Positions 54,401 to 63,179 of a stretch of DNA of 64,000 bases are shown here, piece by piece (the stretch's first letter is position 1; each line of letters starts with the position of its first letter). This stretch comes from Phoronis australis (taxonomy: Eukaryota > Animalia > Phoronida). The position numbers and the translations under genes were made by a program. A model generated the notes under the pieces. The model saw nothing but the letters and a program-made list of their open reading frames with translations. It was not told the DNA's origin and did not search any database. The stretch lies in assembly GCA_002633005.1 (NCBI GenBank), contig NMRA01000098.1, forward strand, positions 433,435 through 497,434, in the 5' to 3' direction.

Positions 54401-56604
54401 AAAGCTAGTTAGAGTTCAAAAATAACCATGGGAGAAAATTGAGTAGTCATCCACGCAGGTGTTGGCAAATGCCATAATGAATAGGTGACTGACCACATTT
54501 TCCTTACCAGAGGAGTTCTTAATGTACTGGCTTCATGATCAAATCAGCTGTAGGTATATGGTAGTTTCTTCAAATTAGAACGCAGTACAGTGAAACAGCA
54601 AAATTTTATTTTACCAAAATATTCTACACTAGTGAACAAGAAGACATTTTTATTTGACAATTTGAAAACTTTATACAGTGTGGCTGTCGTCAACAAACAC
54701 AAGATGAAATTTTGATCATTTTTGGCAATAAAGTAAGTGTTCGAAAAATAAAAAAATAAAAATTTTAGCCATTCTTTTTGTTCAAATTCGAGGAAAATAC
54801 ACTGTACGTGGAATTCAGAACGAAGCAGTTCTACACCAAGATATTTGCATTAGATAATCACTAGGCTGGCTCCACAAGTCACAATTAGGAGATCGAAAGC
54901 ACAATTACCCAGCATTTTTAGACTGTTGGCTCCAATCACCTAATTTCCCTATCACTTTATCTAACCACAGTGGGGGTAGATCAGTTCAAAGCTCTTTTCA
55001 AATGCATCCACTCTGTCCACATCAATGCGTCTGTGTACACAAAATCTACTTCACCAGTCGGGACACTAAATCAAACTTGTGCGATAAAAATTTCCATAAA
55101 AATAACAGCCATAACCGAAGTTAGCGAACTGGACAAATAAGAAAGACAAACAAAAACACAGTTCATTCTGTAGTAGTCAACACTATTCACTGGTGTTCAA
55201 ATGTTCTTTCTTCAAAAACCACTGACGTTGCAATGGAATGAACCAAATGTACACAGAAAGGGAGGCTAAGTGTATGTTCTAGGATATGATTCTTTCTCCT
55301 CCATTGAACTGGTGTAAATCTGCAAAGATAATAATTTTCCATGCGGCTGCGGCTTAGTGCACGAAGCTAAGCTACTATAGCTTAATTTAGAACAAATAGC
55401 TGGCTTACAGCAACCAAACAGTAAATAGAGCCAATGGTACATTAATGCCTAAGACCTATAGTTTTCCTTGGATCAAATATGCAATAATTGATTGCTATGG
55501 CTGGGCAATCCAATAGTTTTTATTGAGCTGGAAGTTCAGCTCTGAAGCATTGTTGATTAGGTTAAGCGCAACGGTAATTGTATATCTACAGGTAAAAAAT
55601 GTCACATGTTCAACCCTCTTCGAGTGGTAACATGACCTTAAAACAACAGACCTTTTTCCATGTTGGAGGGTAAAGTAAATATTTCGTTAGGAAATCAGCT
55701 GGGTGACCCTGTTTCACAGTCCCAGTGTTTTAGGCTACAATAAACTGAACCAGGACCTGATACTGGAGGTACTTAAAGGGTAATTTGAGATAAAAGTTGA
55801 GTTAAATACAATGCACAAAACCCTTAACTTAAGACTCGAAAGACTAGAGATTTCGACATAGAAATTTGAAAACACACTGCAAACGAGTTAGAGAAACCTA
55901 ACAGACACCTACCCACAGATAACAGTGCATGGGAAATGCAAATTCTACATTATTCAGAATTTTGAGACATGTTATTTCTACTATAAACTTCATATGTACA
56001 AGTCCACACAGGTCATTTCTCTCACTTAAACTGGTCGAGTTTGACAACGATCATTTGCTCTTTATTTATGAACTGAATTTTGCAAATTCTGAAGCAGGTT
56101 ATGACAGAAAGTAATTTCATCCAGGCCACCCACAAGGAAAAGAGTGTCAAAAAGCTTTCAAGTCTGGCAGGGGTTGTCAGCCTGTTCAGTTTTATATCAA
56201 TTGCTGTTTATTTTGCACAGCCCTTCTGTCGATAAAAACCAATTGCTATCATGGCGATAAAATTTTCTTGAATATTTTTGATCAGCACATTTAGCGATTT
56301 TCTTGTTTTGGTTATAAGTTTGATGGCATGAAAGCCCTTCGTGAATCATTAAACATCTTCTTACATGCACTTCAGATGTTTAAATCGCAAAGAACACAAA
56401 AAAATCACTGAGTGTTTTTAATTTGAATGCAGAAAGATTTTGAAATTATGAGTAACATACCTGGAAGGTGGATCTGATGTTGAACTTTACAGGGGTTCTA
56501 GATTCATCAGGAAGACTTCTGTACAGCGTCACATGTCCCACAGCATCACAGACATCAAGAAGCCAAAGTGGTGACAGGAAAACTATGAACCTCACCAGAA
56601 ACAT
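336..56604 (-). CDS. Multi-exon gene (27 coding exons, ~1,550 aa, 3'-incomplete): astrotactin-N-like hairpin membrane protein with EGF, cbEGF, TNFR-Cys repeats and a C-terminal multi-pass region
   Basis: Manually joined exons 56461-56604, 38866-38994, 37351-37395, 34279-34444, 26930-27036, 25274-25499, 24172-24279, 22746-23086, 21213-21439, 20661-20872, 20350-20484, 18994-19110, 17015-17080, 13441-13590, 12624-12761, 12006-12178, 11499-11743, 10430-10639, 9904-10110, 9026-9240, 8207-8521 (or 6534-6848), 5010-5261, 3061-3213, 2345-2483, 1186-1372, 703-839, 336-457. All have AG/GT boundaries with matching intron phases and give one open frame. The last two exons are less certain. Confidence 0.85.
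703..839 (-). CDS. Possible coding exon 26 (IQMDMIFHPTQYLPGHHQFLLLSTISHHPALQPSRKNPPETVYLR)
   Basis: gcattctag acceptor and weak gtaaag donor. Phase 0-2 bridges exons 25 and 27, but the protein evidence is weak. Confidence 0.35.
1186..1372 (-). CDS. Coding exon 25: amphipathic helical segment (ESFMKLSHYPAY...QEMQRQNDVSNANKERCQLFMGKLQELALQ)
   Basis: ctattccag acceptor, CAG|gtaatg donor, phase 2-0. Confidence 0.82.
2063..2330. repeat. 29-bp minisatellite (CACCAGACCCAACCACTAACACATAGCTT)n, ~9 copies
   Basis: Direct tandem copies in the intron immediately after the TM4 exon donor. Confidence 0.95.
2345..2483 (-). CDS. Coding exon 24: TM4 (DAYPLPSESKLKWGVLLTLFYSVFWTAYSLLMTFTVFILLWGAINR)
   Basis: ccatttcag acceptor, AG|gtttgt donor, phase 1-2, ~30-aa hydrophobic run. 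Confidence 0.82.
3061..3213 (-). CDS. Coding exon 23: TM3 (ISLTFIVSVCGFVLLFVILWTLGYL)
   Basis: gttttgccag acceptor, G|gtgagt donor, phase 1-1. Confidence 0.85.
5010..5261 (-). CDS. Coding exon 22 (GFVHLQLHDDTYPTEPIYNYDLGIDCPKEFTMQF...IVAGKWRKS)
   Basis: tttccaccatcag acceptor, gtaaga donor, phase 1-1. Confidence 0.82.
6534..6848 (-). CDS. Coding exon 21, copy B (protein-identical duplicate, probably an allelic assembly duplicate)
   Basis: Identical translation to 8207-8521. Lies in the 1.7 kb duplication whose junction is a single N. Confidence 0.6.
8207..8521 (-). CDS. Coding exon 21, copy A (QEGSSEEKIANLTISDSL...WSIQVSAMIESCP)
   Basis: ttttttctcag acceptor, G|gtatgc donor, phase 1-1, 315 nt. 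Confidence 0.85.
9026..9240 (-). CDS. Coding exon 20 (EGIFELELRTGLDRIPDVVKG...YVRPLKPFSVNTQSW)
   Basis: atatgcag acceptor, gtaagt donor, phase 2-1. Confidence 0.85.
9904..10110 (-). CDS. Coding exon 19 (CRRGSIAEFVLRPIPPYEKTKFTCHVQP...HIVTRRSR)
   Basis: tactgcag acceptor, AG|gtaaaa donor, phase 2-2. Confidence 0.85.
10430..10639 (-). CDS. Coding exon 18: unassigned Cys-rich module (CARDNANCDACVKTCS...CFDCCVETNCTYICRNYNKGDCLPVR)
   Basis: ctcatccag acceptor, gtgaga donor, phase 2-2, 11 Cys. Confidence 0.88.
11499..11743 (-). CDS. Coding exon 17 (PVDGDVLIGQDK...KTILVEPLP)
   Basis: AAG acceptor after ttttccttgtg, gtaagt donor, phase 0-2 matching both neighbours. Confidence 0.7.
12006..12178 (-). 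CDS. Coding exon 16 (GTGLEISITMEKLNILPSF...RYCPYPIPDMYQLTVVRHN)
   Basis: ctgttgctag acceptor, gtaagt donor, phase 1-0. Confidence 0.85.
12624..12761 (-). CDS. Coding exon 15 (KDLLSSGKPSANVVVEDRRLLHRDNVFSVYYSHSTVKSGQYHIKR)
   Basis: tttctttaag acceptor, G|gtaggg donor, phase 1-1. Confidence 0.8.
13441..13590 (-). CDS. Coding exon 14: TNFR/NGFR-type cysteine-rich repeats (ECKEFCPPESYITSYCDEAEDILCTACEAKCTPDKFEFSPCTNHTDRECK)
   Basis: Two CxxxxY/FxxxxCxxxxDxxC units, ttttcaacag/gtatgg boundaries, phase 1-1. Confidence 0.9.
17015..17080 (-). CDS. Coding exon 13: short Cys-rich TNFR-like module (ACQNTCPTGHFRARPCPDKLCQ)
   Basis: tgtttcag acceptor, G|gtgtgt donor, phase 1-1. Confidence 0.75.
18994..19110 (-). 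CDS. Coding exon 12: calcium-binding EGF domain ([39 protein letters not shown])
   Basis: Canonical DxxEC...CxNTxGSYxCxCxxGFxGDGxxC, phase 1-1, ccaacag/gtaagg boundaries. Confidence 0.95.
19464..20168 (+). repeat. Dispersed ~700-bp repeat, copy 1
   Basis: Collinear similarity with 48600-49283 (tgggtaaaaaactgg.caaataa...cttcataca..ctggct). Confidence 0.8.
20350..20484 (-). CDS. Coding exon 11: EGF-like domain (CTNCEQGCDQQTGRCVCTRGFRLYSGNKCT)
   Basis: ctcttcag acceptor, G|gtgaga donor, phase 1-1, six Cys with CxCxxGF. Confidence 0.9.
20661..20872 (-). CDS. Coding exon 10: TM2/internal signal-like segment (HLAMISVLSAVICLASGVYS) plus beta segment (QSVVSPPQVHITVFLPAGFAVNSGSEVYLNANA...)
   Basis: attttccag acceptor, G|gtatgt donor, phase 2-1. 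Confidence 0.85.
21213..21439 (-). CDS. Coding exon 9, end of cytosolic loop (VSTRSSTNSS...HGKHNGGAP)
   Basis: ttggccag acceptor, AA|gtgagt donor, phase 0-2. Confidence 0.8.
22746..23086 (-). CDS. Coding exon 8, cytosolic loop with acidic-W-polyproline motifs (DDTEWNIPPPPLP, DEEDWPLPPP)
   Basis: gtgtttcag acceptor, TCG|gtgagt donor, phase 1-0, open for 113 codons in a different frame from the ORF-track call. Confidence 0.8.
23330..23660 (+). repeat. Dispersed repeat fragment, second copy at ~36385-36706
   Basis: Shared blocks ataaattgat, aaaat..atgcgttaggttt..gttctct, tagataa, ctagatta. Confidence 0.6.
24172..24279 (-). CDS. Coding exon 7, cytosolic loop (GTGVSSGDEAKSSVSGYGTTAMADTLNTSGERAPLN)
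   Basis: catttag acceptor, G|gtaaca donor, phase 1-1. Confidence 0.7.
25274..25499 (-). CDS. Coding exon 6, cytosolic loop with polybasic tract (SSQQSSLKNKKKKKKRPSFNSGESSTEEED...)
   Basis: ttttgttcacag acceptor, G|gtttgt donor, phase 0-1. Confidence 0.75.
26930..27036 (-). CDS. Coding exon 5, cytosolic loop (DESRAPLMDQPETVNSLPNGSVPGRSATSSSTTTSK)
   Basis: cctgttacag acceptor, AAG|gtagga donor, phase 1-0. Confidence 0.75.
30079..30141. repeat. ~60-bp hairpin mini-repeat (GAGAACCAGTTT...AAACTGGTTCTC), further copies at ~15759-15815 and ~34149-34211
   Basis: Three diverged copies share the loop sequence gatgcct.ttattcag. Confidence 0.75.
32549..32659. repeat. Nested inverted repeat (hairpin), likely the end of a repetitive element
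   Basis: Inner arms tggattttgtagaattatcaccc / gggcgataattctctaaaatcca, outer arms agtcgttatcccc / ggggataatgact. Confidence 0.6.
34279..34444 (-). CDS. Coding exon 4: TM1 (LLLFVLLACFISLLATGIAI) followed by basic stop-transfer HKKRK
   Basis: ttgtag acceptor, G|gtgagt donor, phase 0-1. Translation FQGGAADPDATLSNLLLFVLLACFISLLATGIAIHCWHKKRKFNINLATAGPSLR. Confidence 0.85.
37351..37395 (-). CDS. Coding exon 3 (YQDAPQVDPVFVNSL)
   Basis: gtgtttcag acceptor, gtaaga donor, phase 0-0. LLQVYQDAP resembles astrotactin LLFHIHHQDGAP (recalled from memory). Confidence 0.7.
38866..38994 (-). CDS. Coding exon 2 (GSVSFVEATDFAILINVSAPSVEQLSTIKHSYKTYNEQVLLQV)
   Basis: Strong tttttcag acceptor, gtatgt donor, phase 0-0. 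An alternative donor 3 nt earlier is possible. Confidence 0.8.
40781..41288. mobile_element. MITE-like non-autonomous DNA transposon (possibly PIF/Harbinger type)
   Basis: Termini gggcctttcat / atgaaagggcc, internal repeated cagtatgaac and ttaactccggtc motifs, TAA on the left flank. Right TSD not clean. Confidence 0.55.
41391..41811. mobile_element. MITE-like element with ~50-bp imperfect terminal inverted repeats
   Basis: Left end gtgccgtttacacatcaaaagttgacacgg... matches the reverse complement of the right end, gtcccgtttagacatcaagttttggcccgg.... Internal gtaaacgg/tgacac repeats. Confidence 0.7.
48600..49283 (+). repeat. Dispersed ~700-bp repeat, copy 2
   Basis: Diverged copy of 19464-20168 in the same orientation. 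Confidence 0.8.
50345..54007. repeat. ~1.8 kb tandem near-duplication (50345-52165 / 52167-54007) joined by a single N
   Basis: Near-identical copies with the N at 52166 at the junction. Intronic. Confidence 0.95.
56461..56604 (-). CDS. Coding exon 1: signal peptide plus start of luminal domain (MFLVRFIVFLSPLWLLDVCDA|VGHVTLYRSLPDESRTPVKFNIRSTFQ)
   Basis: Acceptor ttttgtag (exon starts 56621), hydrophobic N-terminus with small-residue cleavage site, donor CAG|gtatgt phase 0, in-frame stop upstream in the 5' UTR exon. Confidence 0.8.
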
Positions 56605-56855
56605 ATCTTTAAGTTTCAAACCTACAAAAAGTCGTAGTTCAGAAAAAAAACGACATCAAGGCACTTTGTGTCCATGTCGTGCCACATTACAATAGCAGAC
56701 CACAGCAACCTAGTCAATGTTGGTGTATTCAAGCCATGCAGCCATCAAATGGTGGAAATGCTGACGAAGTTAACACCTATACCCACCAAAGGTCATTATA
56801 ATACTTAAATAACGAAATTTGGAAAGAAGTAGCAACTTGGATCGCATTTACTCAC

Positions 56856-56940
56856 CGTAAGCTCGCTATGAACCAGACATGTTCGGCCGACTGTACCACG
56901 CTATTGACTGATTTAACCCGTTTAGTTTAATAGCGGTACT
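56856..56940 (-). other. Non-coding first exon (5' UTR) of the minus-strand gene, with uORF MSGS*
   Basis: Strong donor ACG|gtgagt at 56856/56855 and CpG-richer sequence. The 5' end is not defined. Confidence 0.55.
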
Positions 56941-57292
56941 CCCTCTGAAATAATTATCAAATTAAATACTCGCCGGACAGTTTCGTCATAGAATATTATT
57001 ATGCTTTCCAAATAATACCTAATCTCGGAAAATGCAGCAAAAAAACGTTTAAAACTGATGAGTTTTTGTGAAAAATATTTACTTTTCATTTACCGGAAAC
57101 TTGACATTTCGTGCAGTGGGAGGATAGTCTAGTGAGTAAAAAGCCATATTTGTCGTAGAATGTGTCAGTGGATAGATGGTGGTGGCATTTTGCTACAAGA
57201 CTTGTGGATCAGTACATGAGATTTCATCGCCGAAATGGGTTATTAAGTAGTCAGCATGTGTTAAGGAAGTTTGTGTGATTGTGTCATCGAAA
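56900..57292. promoter_or_regulatory. Putative bidirectional promoter between two head-to-head genes
   Basis: Only ~440 bp separate the minus-strand first-exon donor (56856) and the plus-strand ATG (57293). Confidence 0.55.
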
Positions 57293-57490
57293 ATGACGCG
57301 AATTCTTACGAAGAGGATTTTTATTTCAATCATCTTAGTAAAATTTCTCGTCTGCTTTTCCCACGCTGGGTCGGAAAAATGTGAAAGGCTGCGCAACTTA
57401 CTCAAATATGAAAATCTTGCTGAAAAGGATCGCAAGGCATTGGGAGCTACTTCTAATGAAATTGAGATTCATGTTCGACAAAATGTTAAG
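57293..57490 (+). CDS. Plus-strand gene exon 1: signal peptide protein (MTRILTKRIFISIILVKFLVCFSHA|GSEKCERLR...EIEIHVRQNVK), astrotactin-N-like
   Basis: aaaATG context, n/h/c signal peptide, perfect donor AAG|gtaagt, phase 0. Confidence 0.8.
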
Positions 57491-57626
57491 GTAAGTACCT
57501 TGTTTTGATCGTCAGCTCTTTGGATTTAACTTTTATTCACAGTTTTAATTGATGCGTGTAGCACTCGGCCCGTTTAAAAAACTATGGTGGCACATATGGG
57601 ACATTCAAACGTTTATTTCTTTTCAG

Positions 57627-57797
57627 GGACGGATCAATGTTACAAGAACTCTGGGTACAACAAACGACGTAACCACTAAAGTCAACTGGAGTTTCCCACA
57701 TTCACTGGATTATAAAAATCTGTTAAAAGCCAACTTTAACGTTTCATCTGTGTTGAGTTTAGGAGGGACAGTTTATACAGTCTATACTATTCAGTTG
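57627..57797 (+). CDS. Plus-strand gene exon 2 (GRINVTRTLGTTNDVTTKVNWSFPHSLDYKNLLKANFNVSSVLSLGGTVYTVYTIQL)
   Basis: tttcttttcag acceptor, gtgagt donor, phase 0-0, three N-glycosylation sequons (NVT, NWS, NVS). No further exon confidently found before 64000. Confidence 0.8.
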
Positions 57798-60700
57798 GTG
57801 AGTTGTTTTCCTTAGCTTAATTTTTTGTAGGCAATTGGGCCTACATCGCCCTGGATGCCGCTGTCATACAGGGGTGATAGTACATCCCCATAAAAACTTA
57901 CGCATTTCAAGATACATCAAATAAAATCAAATGAAACATGCATAAATGCACATGGAGTTATTATTAACACATACCATGACTCTGAATACAATTTAGTCAA
58001 CATAACTTTAACATATCCATGAAAATCTGTCGATGTTCGCTTGAGTTTTTCTCACCGGGTGCCAATTTGAGGAAGTTATGAGAAATCACACCTGATAATG
58101 AACAAAAAGTCCAAGGGACACAAAGCTCGCAAATTCCACCTGACATCTTCCCATGCTATTTTTTAAGTGTCACGCGCCAGCCTTAGCCTAACTCACGTGA
58201 CTCAGTTGAAATATTTTGTGGTCATTGCGCGCGCGGTGAAAAAGTTAACGGTGACCAAAAAGTGGAGTTGGAATTCTTCTCCAAAGTCACCTTAATTCTA
58301 GTAGATAGGTTTCATTGAAGATATGTGTAAAAGCAGAAAGGATCACTGAAGAAAGTAAGCTCATTTTTAAGTGATAGTTTTGAGTCTAGAATGTACTTTT
58401 CACGAGGTGAAAACTCTTAATCGTTGGCCGGATTTGGCCTACCGCCTGTTTAAAATACACGGGACGAAATTCGTACAGAAAGCGATGGGAAGTATTGTAG
58501 CCCCTAACCGGCCAACCGAGGAGCTACGTGTTGCCTAAATTTTTTGAGGATCACTGGTTTTGCTAATGTGTGCTGAGGTTTAGTTTCATTTGAAATATCA
58601 AATGCTTTGAGTTCCGTGATTGGTCAGTGGTGACTATTTGTCTGGTTACGGTAAATCAGTTTTACTCTCCTTATCTGTCTCACAGTGGTGGAATTTTTAT
58701 TTTCAGTCTGTGAAGTGCCTGTAGTCTTATTTTCTGGTGATTCTGCTGTATTTATCTCCTCAGTTACGAGAAAAAAATACCCGTGTGTATTCATTCAATT
58801 GCTTATGCCTAGTAGTCGATTCTGTTATTTTTTGCTCCCTTCATTATGCTGGCGATGTGGCAGAGTTGAGTTGAAAGACGCTACAAGCACACCTTCCATC
58901 ACAAAAAAACAACTATTGATTTAGACCACCATCACATGGTTCCTTAGTCGCGTAGGAGGTGATTTCATGATTTTGGAAGGCCTGACAGTTCGCTTATGCT
59001 TGAGACCTTGCTCTAAAAGTTGGCTTGTCATGCCGTGTCTGTATGCACTGAGCATGATCCTAAGGAATAACTTAACTATTCTTTGCAAACCTTTGAAATC
59101 TTTCCAAGGTACAAAACATGTCAAGGCTAATTTTATAGTGGTAAGTAGCCTAGTTCAAAAGATCCCTTTTGCGTTCCTACAATGGATCTTTGCACTTTTA
59201 GAGGTTTTGAACTGTGTATAATAATTTTATAACACAAAATTTAACTAAACTAGCACTTGTTTTGAGAAATAATTGAGGAATTTTGAATTTTAAAGAAAAA
59301 TTGATGATTTTTTGGTTTCTTGCCACGTGATGTCATCAGTGGAAAACGTTATGGTATGGAAACGGGTGTGAATACGACACTCATGTCATAGGTAAAAGAG
59401 ACCTCTATGAGTTAGACCTCACCATATTGGCAGACTGCGTGTTTGAGGCTGTACAAAGTCCCCCAGCCTCCCGCACCGACGTTTTCGGCGATTGAAGCCG
59501 AGTGGATGCCTACTCAGTATGCGGATAATTCTGATTTCAGAGTGGCCTTTTATTGTATCATGACATAAGTTTCTAACCGCTTCAGTGTCAGGTAATGCAT
59601 GCGTCTTGAACTGTAGATCTAACTGAAGATTTTACTGTGTGACTGTCAAAGCCGAGGGACACTGATTTCATTTCTTCAAATGCCGTGTGCGTTTGTCAGG
59701 AATGATCATATCTAATTATTGTGATACTACCTGGATTTTATTTATGGTAAATGATACTGGCTTCTGCCTTGTCTGTTCCAAAATTGTGAAAGCTTTGTAC
59801 CATTGTGATTTGTCAATTATTTCGATATAGTTTTCGACTCTAGCCTCTGTGCTGGCTGCAGTCGTGACCTCAAACTATTTGTGTGGCATCTACGTCTCAT
59901 TTTCTACTATTGGGCATTGACATATATGTGGATAGCATGCATTCCAAGAAAATCTTGAGCAAGCGTAGACTGATGAAAACTTTCTGCAATCACATTCATT
60001 ATCTAAGTCACAATTTGATGTGGAGGCTTATACTCAGTATGTGCCTGACAACTATGCTCCCAGCAATGGCACAACACAATTTTTTCTTTCAAATTAACTT
60101 ACACGTTTCTGCGACGGATTGACGCATTATTCTTCAAAATGGGCTGAGCACAACGTGGCAACTGAATTGATCGCTTGCTCCACTGTGCACTGCCATACCC
60201 GTGTGCGACACACAAACCTTTGTCACTGGGGTCTTTTGGAAATGCAAAAACAGAAATGTTGTCTGTCCTATTGCTATTACTGCTTCCTTCACACTTACAA
60301 CTATTCGTAATAGTCAGTCGAACTCAGTTTTTGAGACAACGGCAGAACAACACAACAGCTGAAACCGGATCCACTGATGACGCCACACAACATTTATAAT
60401 TTTTGCGTTTATTTCTTGACTAGAAGTACACAAGTTGAAGGAGAAATACTTATAATACCATGTACCATAATTGTTGGTAACTGAATTAAAACATTGATGA
60501 CCATATTGTGAAGGGTTTAATACTTGAATTCTGTTGTTATTGGGCGTAGAGTAGGGGGTATTACTCTGGAATCACGCTGTTGATGAACATTACGACAGCT
60601 AATACTAGGTTTTGTAGAGACCTTGGTTTTGCGTGTTAACGGAAAATGGACGGAATTCATGGAATCTGACTTCATTCGCAGAACTTGAGATTTCAAACAA

Positions 60701-62561
60701 AATTTCGGTATTCAGTAGTAGATTCCATTATTCTAATCTTTTGATTTTTGTTTTTTTTTTTATTATTAAAAATTGAAAATATTAACCAAAAATTTGACAT
60801 ATTAGTGCAACAAGTAATGGATGATCATTTTGCAGCAGCTGTGTTTGAGTAGTTGTTCATTTTTTGGAAGGTGGCTTTGCTCTTTTTTCGGTTTTGAGAA
60901 ACAGTACACATGGTGAGCAGTAAGTTGTTGGCATAATGAATGTGTGGCATGATTTAGCAGAAATTTAAGACAATTCACACATCATTTTTATGCTATTTAT
61001 CACTTTGATATAATATTAAAATAGTGTTAGATAATTTACAATGGAAACAAATGGAATTATATGTTTGCTAAAACAGATCTCTCTGTTTTTAATAACGGAA
61101 AACCAGGGTCTTTTATTTAAACAATAATAGCACCCCTACAGATTTGAATAAGTGTGGTATACAACTTTCCTCTTAATCCTATTTTTTCTACCCAAACTTA
61201 CCTCTCTCTAGTATTACATAGGTAATCTGAAATTAATATCGTCAGTGGTCTCAACAGGGTGCTGAGTTTATAGCAAAACTGAAATTTTAAACTGAAGTTA
61301 TTTTCATAACAAAGGTTAGGGAATTTTGATGACAATTTCATATGGTTTCATCCTGATTTATTTGCCATTACATAACCTCTGTGGTCACCCTTGACATTTA
61401 TTCTGCATGTCATCATACTGCTTTACTAGTAGCTCTGAGGCCCTAGCAGGTATAGTTCAATAACTGTCTAGTGCGGTGAGAAAAATCTGTCCAAATCGCA
61501 TGTTCTCACTGAAAATACACAGCGATATCTTGAGAGATCATGCTTTTCTAGCGGGACACTAAGATTACTGAACTCTCGCCAAATTTCATGTTATGCGTAG
61601 TCATTTTCCCCCCATAAATAAACTACAGGGAACAGCAAAGCATGAAAATGTCTAATTTCAAAGATCATTCATTATCATCTTATGTTACCTGGCTGTATTT
61701 ATGTGTAAAACACCAATAAGAAGCTGTGCAAGTCGTTGATGTAGAAAATTGTGTGCCTCAGGGTTTGAATTGAGCATGTAAGCTAATATGGCTTTACTTG
61801 CACCACAACTCCTCTGTTTTGGGGTGTGTCGGTAAAAATTTCCCTTGTGTGGAACACGGGTTTTAAGAAGCTGAGTTTGTACCTTTGAAAAGCTTTTTAC
61901 TTCTTGGTTTTGCTTCAAGCTTCAAAAGTTGGAAGCGAAGTGTGCTTGTGAGGCCAGCATTCATAATGTGGTCTGTGACAAATTGTGGTACACAATGGAA
62001 ACTGGAACCTGGTGGTTACATTCAAACACTCTGCTGGTAGGACTAACTCCCACTCAATAAGTGGCAGAGCGTTTCAAGTGTATTTAATTGGATTTTAGTG
62101 ACTCTCCGGCACAGGCAACGTTGAGAATTGGCATGATTTGTGATGATGTAAAAAAGTGCAACATTTGTATTTTGCTGTCCAATTGGTTGGTTCTAGAAGT
62201 CTATCCCACGCACAATACATTTCTGAAAGACCGATTGCTCTGTTTCGCACTAGGAATGAAAGAGAAAAACATGTAATTGTTGAAATGTAAAAAAATCTTA
62301 ATTAAATCACTTGCTGTGTGTTCTTTGTTGTTCGTGTTTCTTTGATGTGCCTCTCGTCTCTGCCAGAACAACTTCTGGTGTTGTGAAGTCTTCTCGTTTT
62401 AGATGCTGTCTCGCACAGTCCAATGTTTTGTATAGAACTTTTTATGTGACATTCACGCTTGGAGAGTACAGGCAGGTGCTCCAACACCGAATTTAAGAGC
62501 TACGAAGATATAATACAGAAAAGTCGTAGTTTGCAGATAGTCCAAAAGTCATGCATGCAAC

Positions 62562-62611
62562 CACACACACACGCACACACACGCACACACGCACACACAC
62601 ACACACACACA
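62562..62611. repeat. (CA)n microsatellite with CG interruptions
   Basis: Directly visible. Confidence 0.95.
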
Positions 62612-63179
62612 AAATCTGAGCGCTATAATCGACTTTAAATGATTGGCATGGGTCTGTAGCACACATATTTTGATGACTGCATGGGACTGTTTAACCTGGG
62701 ATTATCTACTCTTTTCGTGTACTTCTATATGTCTATGACCAGACTTATGACACCTCTGTTTACTTAATACCTTGGTGTGCTATGTGAAATACTTTCAAGT
62801 AAATTCATGATACTGGTTAACATTTTTTATCTAGCATGGTGATAGTACCTCGCTTTTCATTTCAATCTTTGTATCATGTCTGTTGTTATTGTAAGTCAAC
62901 TTTGTCGAGTTCAAAATGTGAATTTTCATAAGTCTTGATATAAATGTCTTGCAATAAACGGCTACCAATTTATGCTACAGGTTTTTCAACCGTTACTTTT
63001 ATTCAATTTTTATGTAGTATTATTTTGTTCCAGTGGCAGGAAGGAAAATATGCTTAATCATGAATTTTCCCTTTAAACCATCTGCAGAACAACATTGTTC
63101 TTTCTACAGAACATTTCTGACAATCGTTGTCGTCAATTTGTGTCATGAACATTGTTACCGTATTTATTGCTTGCATTGA

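Noticed and set aside
58685-60399. Hydrophobic plus-strand ORFs as exon 3 (TM1) of the plus-strand gene
   Set aside because: No convincing paired acceptor and donor in phase 0, and the region looks like repeat-rich intron.
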